From an uncultured Actinomycetota bacterium (GTDB lineage Bacteria; Actinomycetota; Acidimicrobiia; Spongiisociales; UBA5794), in NCBI GenBank assembly GCA_963785245.1, contig CAWAUO010000001.1:128549-192548 (forward strand): 64,000 nucleotides of DNA, in the 5' to 3' direction. Below, piece after piece: positions 58,035-64,000 of the stretch. The notes below the pieces were generated by a model. The model ran no database searches and was not told the origin of the DNA. It was given only the letters and a program-made list of their open reading frames with translations. The position numbers and the translations under genes are program-made. Position 1 is the first letter of the stretch; each line of letters begins with the position of its first letter.

Positions 58035-58880
58035 TTAGAAGAGGGCGCTTGCGAGTTGACGACGGTAGGTCTGCGTCAGCGGATGCTCGTCGCCGAGGAC
58101 GCCGAAGATGTCGAGCATCGCCGTACGCGCCTCGTCCTTGAGCGGTCCCTTGGCCCGAACGATGGACAGCAGGCGGTCCAACGCCGGCTCATACTCGGCT
58201 CGAGCGGCGAGTGCTTTGGCGAGCTCGATGCGCACGACCTCATCCTCAGGATCGGCGGCGACCCGCGCTTCGAGTTCCGCGAGATCGCCTCCCTTTGATG
58301 CCTTCAGCCTGGCGGCCGAGTTGAGGCGGTCGACCTCTGCATCGGGCACGAGGCGGCCCAGCACGACAAGGGCTTCGTCCGTCTCGCCTCGGTCGATGAG
58401 GAGCGAGGCCAGGCTCGTGCCGGCCTCCGAATGGTCCGGCTTCTGATCCAGGACCTGCCGGAGGATGTGCTCAGCGGCCACCCCGTCATCGGAGAGTTGT
58501 GCGGTACGGGCCTGGTCGACCATGAGATCGAGTTCGGAAGGGAGGATGCCCTCGATCCACCCGCGGACCGCCGGTTCAGGCAGTGCCCCGGTGAACGAAT
58601 CGACCACTGTGCCGTCGCGAAACGCGAGGACCATCGGAATGCCCTGGACGCCGTACTGGGCTGCCAACTCCTGGTTCGCATCCACGTCGACCTTGACGAG
58701 TTCGAACGAGCCACCGGATTCAGCAGCAGCCTTCTCGAGGATGGGGCCAAGGATCCGGCACGGCTGACACCATTCGGCCCAGAAGTCGACAACCACGGGC
58801 ACTTCGCGGCTCCGTTGGAGCACTTCCTGTGGGAAGTTCTCGGTGCTTACGTCCTTCACGAATTCACTCGGAGTGGTCAT
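58035..58880 (-). CDS. Thioredoxin-domain protein with C-terminal TPR-like domain (YbbN/CnoX-like)
   Basis: 'VVDFWAEWCQPCR' thioredoxin CxxC motif; helical-repeat C-terminus; ATG 'MTTPSEF' at 58880. Confidence 0.8.
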   Translation of the reverse strand: MTTPSEFVKDVSTENFPQEVLQRSREVPVVVDFWAEWCQPCRILGPILEKAAAESGGSFELVKVDVDANQELAAQYGVQGIPMVLAFRDGTVVDSFTGALPEPAVRGWIEGILPSELDLMVDQARTAQLSDDGVAAEHILRQVLDQKPDHSEAGTSLASLLIDRGETDEALVVLGRLVPDAEVDRLNSAARLKASKGGDLAELEARVAADPEDEVVRIELAKALAARAEYEPALDRLLSIVRAKGPLKDEARTAMLDIFGVLGDEHPLTQTYRRQLASALF

Positions 58881-58922
58881 AGAGGCAAGAATACCGGGGG
58901 CCCTCCTGCTACCGTCGTGGGC

Positions 58923-59819
58923 ATGGAGAGCAGACCCGAAGCACCTTTTGGCCAGGTCCTGACCGCCGTCATCACGCCGTTCGGCGACGACGGATCCATC
59001 GACTACGGAACGTTCTGGCGGTTGACCCGTTTCCTCGCCGATCACGGCTCGGACGGGATCGTCGTCGGCGGAACGACCGGAGAATCGCCGACCCTCTCGA
59101 AGGTCGAGAAAGTCGCCCTCTTCAAGGCCGCCGTTGATGCCGCCGGCGACCGGATGAAGGTGATTGCCGGTGCCGGAACCTACGACACACGCGAATCGGT
59201 TGAGCTCGCCCAGCGCGCCGCCGACTCTGGAGTCCACGGGGTCATGGCGGTCACGCCCTACTACTCGAAGCCGCCTCAGGAGGGTCTGTTCCGGCACTTC
59301 ACAGCGATTGCGGACGCGACCGAGCTTCCAGTGCTGCTCTACAACATCCCGGGCCGCACCTGCCGCATCATCGAGATCGACACGCTCGTCCGCCTCGCTG
59401 CCCACCCGAATATCGTCGCCGTCAAAGACGCCGTCGAAGACCTCGACTTCACCCGCAGGGCGCTCGAAGCCCTGCCGGACGGGTTCGCCGTGTACTCAGG
59501 CTCGGACAGCATGACCCGCGAGATGGTCCGCATGGGCGGCGTCGGCGTGGTCTCCGTGGCTTCCCACCTCGCCGGTGACCAGATCAAGTCCATGGTCGAT
59601 GCTGCGATTGGCGGCAACGACGAGTTGGCCGACCACCTCAATGGTGTGCTCGGGCCCCTCGTCGAGGCGCTGTTCCTCGAGCCGAACCCGATGCCCCTCA
59701 AGGCCGGTCTCGACCTTGCATGGGATCCGGTTGGAGATCCACGGCTTCCGCTCATTCCGGCTTCGGACGACACGAGAGCGGCGATCGAGCGCGCTCTCGC
59801 AGCATTGAGTGGGGCGTGA
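58923..59819 (+). CDS. dapA: 4-hydroxy-tetrahydrodipicolinate synthase
   Basis: 'GIVVGGTTGE', 'YNIPGRT' and active-site Lys region 'AVKDA'. Confidence 0.9.
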   Translation: MESRPEAPFGQVLTAVITPFGDDGSIDYGTFWRLTRFLADHGSDGIVVGGTTGESPTLSKVEKVALFKAAVDAAGDRMKVIAGAGTYDTRESVELAQRAADSGVHGVMAVTPYYSKPPQEGLFRHFTAIADATELPVLLYNIPGRTCRIIEIDTLVRLAAHPNIVAVKDAVEDLDFTRRALEALPDGFAVYSGSDSMTREMVRMGGVGVVSVASHLAGDQIKSMVDAAIGGNDELADHLNGVLGPLVEALFLEPNPMPLKAGLDLAWDPVGDPRLPLIPASDDTRAAIERALAALSGA

Positions 59820-61444
59820 GCGTTCGAGTCGCCTTCCACGGCGGCCTCGGCGAGATCGGCAGGAACTGCGCGACGATTGAGATCGACGGCCGGATTGCCA
59901 TGGTCGACGCCGGGCTGATGTTCCCCGAAGAGGATATGCTCGGCGTGGACCTCGTGCTGCCCGACTACTCATCGGTCACCGACCGGGGTGATGCACTCTC
60001 TTTCGTGGCGCTCACGCACGGTCACGAAGACCACATCGGGTCACTCGGCTACCTCCTGCGCGAACGGAACGTCCCCGTCTACGGCACAGCCCTTACCATT
60101 GAACTCGCCAAGTCACGGGTCTCCGAACTTGGCATCACCGGCGAGTTTCGCACCGTTCAGACGGGCACCTGGGTCGAACACGGCGACTTCCGTTTCGCCT
60201 TCATCCCCGTTACCCATTCTGTCCCGGATGCCACCGGAATCGCATTCGAGACACCGGAGGGCATCATCGTCCACACCGGTGACTTCAAGCTCGACCCGAC
60301 GCCGATCGATGGCGTGACCACCGACTTGCAGAGTTTCGCCGGCTTTGGGCGCCGCGGGGTTCGGCTGCTTCTCGCAGACTCAACGAACGCGGAACGCCCC
60401 GGGGTTGTCGACTCGGAGCGGACCGTCGGCGTACGTATCGGTGAACTCGTCCATGAAGCCGAAGGGCGTGTTCTCATTGCGTGCTTCGCGAGCCACCTCC
60501 ATCGCGTGCAGCAGGCCGTCAACGCTGCTGTCGAAGACGGGCGCAAGATCGCATTCCTCGGGCGGTCGATGCTCCGGATCAGCGAGATCGCCGGACAGAT
60601 CGGCGCGCTCGACATCCCGGAGGGGAGTCTGGTCGAACTCAACGAACTGCTGAATATGCCGCCGGAGACGACGGCCGTGATCTCGACTGGGAGCCAGGGT
60701 GAACCGTTCGCTGCATTGTCACTGATGGCGGCGGGGGAGCACCGGGCCATCACGCTCAACCCCACCGACACGGTGATCATCTCGGCAACCCCGATCCCCG
60801 GCAACGAGAAGCGGGTGTCGAAGGTGATCAATAACCTCTCGAAGGCCGGGGTCACCATTCACCATGGCCGCAACACCCATGTCCACGTGTCCGGTCACGC
60901 CGCCGCCGAAGAACTCAAGGTGCTGTACAACGTGGTCCGCCCGCAAGCGGTCGTTCCCGTCCATGGCGAGCACCGGCATCTCTATGCCAACGCGGAGATC
61001 GCGAAGCTGGTCGGCGTTCCCGAAGTTGCGGTGTGCGAAGACGGCGACGTCGTCGTTCTCGAGGACGGCGAGATGCGGGTGGAACGCGGTGCGGTCTCGT
61101 CCGGCTACATCTACGTAGACGGTCTCGAAGTCGGCGAAGACGAAGGTGTGCTGCGCGACCGCCGACACCTGGCGGACGATGGCGTGATCCTCGTGACAAT
61201 CGGCGTCGACTCACGCAAGGGCGACATCGTGTTCGGGCCCGACGTCGACAGTCACGGCGTCACCGGCGATTCGCAGGAACTTCACGATGCCGTGCAGGCG
61301 AGGGTTGAGCAGAGCCTCGGGACACTTGATCGACCGCTCGACGCAGACGCCCTGCGAAGCCGGATGCGCAACGCGGCCCGCAAGGCTGTTCAAGCGCACA
61401 TCAAGCGTCGCCCCGTCGTGTTCCCGATCGTCATCGAAGTCTGA
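59816..61444 (+). CDS. rnj: Ribonuclease J
   Basis: Metallo-beta-lactamase motif 'LTHGHEDHIG', beta-CASP and C-terminal domains; GTG start overlapping the dapA stop (GTGA). Confidence 0.9.
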   Translation: MSVRVAFHGGLGEIGRNCATIEIDGRIAMVDAGLMFPEEDMLGVDLVLPDYSSVTDRGDALSFVALTHGHEDHIGSLGYLLRERNVPVYGTALTIELAKSRVSELGITGEFRTVQTGTWVEHGDFRFAFIPVTHSVPDATGIAFETPEGIIVHTGDFKLDPTPIDGVTTDLQSFAGFGRRGVRLLLADSTNAERPGVVDSERTVGVRIGELVHEAEGRVLIACFASHLHRVQQAVNAAVEDGRKIAFLGRSMLRISEIAGQIGALDIPEGSLVELNELLNMPPETTAVISTGSQGEPFAALSLMAAGEHRAITLNPTDTVIISATPIPGNEKRVSKVINNLSKAGVTIHHGRNTHVHVSGHAAAEELKVLYNVVRPQAVVPVHGEHRHLYANAEIAKLVGVPEVAVCEDGDVVVLEDGEMRVERGAVSSGYIYVDGLEVGEDEGVLRDRRHLADDGVILVTIGVDSRKGDIVFGPDVDSHGVTGDSQELHDAVQARVEQSLGTLDRPLDADALRSRMRNAARKAVQAHIKRRPVVFPIVIEV

Positions 61445-61664
61445 GAGACGAGTCGCCGGACGCCAGGCACCGGTCGCCAGTCCAGGCACACGGCCGACCT
61501 CACGTGCGCGATGGGTGCTCCGAGAAGCCCGCTCTGCGATCAAGCTGCCGCTTGGTCGCGACGTCTCGACCTGATGGCGCGGGAGGCGAGGAGGTACCGA
61601 TGCCGCGATCGCTGATCTCAGACTCGGTTCTGGGGTCTGCCGCCCGGCGCCCGACGACCTGATC

Positions 61665-62129
61665 TCAGTCGGTGCAGGTGGCGAAGCGGCCGTAGAACTG
61701 GAAGAAGCCTTCGTAGACGCGGCCGGTATTCACGACCGTGGTGCTACCGGGCAACCAGGGGAGGTGACCGGGCGGTGCTGCGAGGTCGTAGAGAATCCCG
61801 TTCTCCTCGAGCCACTCGCGACCTTCGACCCAGCCAACAGCAGCGCCAAACGATCGCCAGGTATCGGTCCTCGGAAGATCGAGGCTCCGGGCTTCGGCCA
61901 ACACCGCAGCCTGAGCGGTGAAGCCGAAGCGACCATCCGATGCTTCCGTCCACGCAGCGTCGATCGCTCGCAGCAGGTCGCACCCCACCGTCCCGGCCTC
62001 GTCGGCGTCAAGGCCGGCATAGCCGCCGATGTCCGCCTCGGCGACCAGCAGCCGACGCGTCTCAAGGTCGGCTGCCTTCCATTCGCTTGCCGCGAGGAGA
62101 GCGCTCAAGGGTGAGGTGGAGTCCGTCAT
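61665..62129 (-). CDS. GUN4-like domain protein (hypothetical)
   Basis: 'GRFGFTAQAAVL' resembles the GUN4-domain 'GRFGFSVQ' core. Confidence 0.45.
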   Translation of the reverse strand: MTDSTSPLSALLAASEWKAADLETRRLLVAEADIGGYAGLDADEAGTVGCDLLRAIDAAWTEASDGRFGFTAQAAVLAEARSLDLPRTDTWRSFGAAVGWVEGREWLEENGILYDLAAPPGHLPWLPGSTTVVNTGRVYEGFFQFYGRFATCTD

Positions 62130-62268
62130 CGATCAGAGGATAACGGGCGTGGGGGATGCCGCGAGCGCGCAATTCCGGCGTGCGAATTACACAGATGTAA
62201 CTCTTCGCGCGTGTGAACGCGCTGAGGGTGGTTCCACTCCGGAGCCGGTTGGGGTATCGTTTGGTCCG

Positions 62269-64000
62269 ATGGCAACGCGGACCAACGGCCGCGGGGCTCC
62301 GGGGCGGAGCAAAGCAACCCCGAAAAAGACAAAACGGGTCCCCATCCGGACCAGGATCGTCCACACGCTGAGGACGAATCGGGAGCGGATCCAAGAACGG
62401 TTCTCACGTCAAAGTGATGACCTGTGGGGCGTCGCTCTCCTCGTGGTTGCTGCGCTGGTTGCGCTCTCGTTCTTCGGCCTGTCCGGACCGATTGGTGCAG
62501 GTCTCTCCGGATCCCTTCGATTCCTCTTCGGCATGTGGGCGTTCGTTGTTCCGCTCGCTCTGATCATCATCGGACTCTCGCTGGTCGGCGTGTGGTTCAC
62601 AGAGGATCGTGGCCGGCTCGTGGCCGGCGTCGTGGCCGTCTTTGTCGCGTCGCTTGCGATGTTCCATCTGATGACCGGATCGATCGCCCTCGCCGGCAAC
62701 GTCGAACAAGTCCAGGAGAACGGCGGCGCCGTTGGCGCCCTGATCTCGTTCCCACTCCGCAGAACCATCGGATTCTGGGGCGCGTTCCTCGTGCTGATGG
62801 CAGCGGTTGGCCTCGGCACGCTCGTGCTGACGCGAGCCACGATCCGCGATCTCGCCTCGACCATCGGCACATTCGGCGCCAACCTCCGGTCGTTTGCCGG
62901 ATTCGGATCGGACCAGCAAGAGGCCTCGCCGAATGTGCAGGTCTCGGGAGCCGTCGAGATCCACGAGCCTGCAGCGCCGCCGGTCAAGACCGCCCCACAG
63001 AAGGGGCCGAAGGAATCGAAGAAGGCCCCGAAGAAGGCGAAGCCGAAGCCCATGGCGTCCCGGTCGGTGGCCGTCGATGGCTACGAACTCCCTCCGCTCA
63101 GCCTGCTCGATTCGTCGATCAACGAGGGCCCAAATCGCGCGAGCCTCGAACAAACCGCAGCCGAACTCCAGGAGGCGCTGAGCCAACACGGTGTTGATGC
63201 CCGCCTGACGCGGATCGTTCCCGGGCCAACCGTGACCCGCTACGAGATCGAACTCGCTCCCGGCGTGAAGGTGTCGAGGGTGACCAACCTCTCCCACGAC
63301 ATCGCGTACGCCCTCGCATCACCTGACGTGCGCATCCTCGCTCCGATCCCCGGCAAGAGCGCGATCGGTATCGAGGTGCCAAACCGTCATCGTCAGATGG
63401 TGACTCTCGGCGACATCCTCGGTAGCGCGGACGCCACCGATGATGGAGATCCGATGCTCGTCGCCATGGGCAAGGACGTCAGCGGACGTTCACGTTTCCT
63501 CCGCCTGACAGAACTGCCCCATGTGCTCATCGCCGGCGCAACCGGTGCGGGCAAGTCTTCGTGTATCAACGCACTGCTCTCCTCGATCCTCATGCGGGCC
63601 CGACCGGACGAGGTGCGGCTGATCCTTGTCGACCCGAAGCGCGTCGAACTCGGTCAGTACAACGATGTTCCCCACCTCCTCACCAGGGTGATCACGAGCC
63701 CAAAGAAGGCAGCCGACGCCTTGCAGTGGGCCGTCGCAGAGATGGACCGCCGCTACGATCTGCTGGCCGATGCGGGTGTGCGCGATGTCGAATCGTATCG
63801 CGAGAAGTACGACGCCGGCGGTCTCGAGGAAGAACTGTTCGACCGCTTCCCCTACATCGTGGTGGTCGTTGACGAGTTGAACGACCTCATGATGGTTGCC
63901 GGGCGGATCGTTGAGGATTCGATCGTGCGGATCGCTCAGATGGCTCGGGCCGTCGGCATTCACCTCGTGCTGGCAACCCAGCGCCCGTCGGTGAACGTGA
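62269..64000 (+). CDS. ftsK: DNA translocase FtsK/SpoIIIE (5' portion; continues beyond the window)
   Basis: Basic N-tail, 4-TM region, linker, then 'TRYEIELAPGVKVS' and Walker A 'IAGATGAGKSS' and 'LVLATQRPSVNV'. Confidence 0.85.
   Translation, partial: MATRTNGRGAPGRSKATPKKTKRVPIRTRIVHTLRTNRERIQERFSRQSDDLWGVALLVVAALVALSFFGLSGPIGAGLSGSLRFLFGMWAFVVPLALIIIGLSLVGVWFTEDRGRLVAGVVAVFVASLAMFHLMTGSIALAGNVEQVQENGGAVGALISFPLRRTIGFWGAFLVLMAAVGLGTLVLTRATIRDLASTIGTFGANLRSFAGFGSDQQEASPNVQVSGAVEIHEPAAPPVKTAPQKGPKESKKAPKKAKPKPMASRSVAVDGYELPPLSLLDSSINEGPNRASLEQTAAELQEALSQHGVDARLTRIVPGPTVTRYEIELAPGVKVSRVTNLSHDIAYALASPDVRILAPIPGKSAIGIEVPNRHRQMVTLGDILGSADATDDGDPMLVAMGKDVSGRSRFLRLTELPHVLIAGATGAGKSSCINALLSSILMRARPDEVRLILVDPKRVELGQYNDVPHLLTRVITSPKKAADALQWAVAEMDRRYDLLADAGVRDVESYREKYDAGGLEEELFDRFPYIVVVVDELNDLMMVAGRIVEDSIVRIAQMARAVGIHLVLATQRPSVNV

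Noticed and set aside
62404-63297. 297-aa minus-strand ORF and overlapping plus-strand ORF 62424..63197
   Set aside because: Both are out-of-frame with, or antisense to, the ftsK 5' region, which translates cleanly in frame from ATG 62269.
1-64000. CRISPR arrays, tRNA/rRNA genes, integrases/transposases
   Set aside because: No regularly spaced direct repeats, no tRNA-like GTTCRANYC/CCA-end structures and no recombinase-like ORFs were seen. The only mobile-element-like features are the palindromic repeat copies and the HNH/DUF222 remnant.

Overview
High-GC (roughly 68-70%) actinobacterial-type chromosomal window, densely coding on both strands with many 4-bp ATGA start/stop overlaps. I can support about 60 protein genes and found no rRNA, tRNA or CRISPR array.

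Main content:
- A thiamine-salvage operon on the minus strand (TPP riboswitch, thiamine pyrophosphokinase, ThiB/ThiP/ThiQ-like ABC transporter).
- A LexA (SOS)-box-controlled error-prone polymerase dnaE2 that carries an apparent -1 frameshift.
- Housekeeping genes in mycobacterial-like synteny (M16 peptidase-dapB ... dapA-rnj ... ftsK), plus ychF, udk, lhr helicase, ltaE, ferritin, amidase, aspartate aminotransferase, asnA and arfB.

Unusual items:
- A three-gene minus-strand operon vWA protein - AAA_5/MoxR-like ATPase with reciprocally altered Walker A/B residues - YajQ nucleotide-binding protein (48670-52143).
- A palindromic MITE/REP-like element with 22-bp perfect terminal inverted repeats (57901-58031) and a truncated second copy (12770-12845).
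- An AroQ (type II dehydroquinase)-alpha/beta-hydrolase fusion.
- A degraded DUF222/HNH (REP13E12-like) endonuclease pseudogene.
- A second homopolymer (poly-G) frameshift in an acyltransferase.
- An AT-rich TGACA-repeat divergent promoter island.

All calls come from reading the translated ORFs and the nucleotide sequence by eye. No database searches were run.
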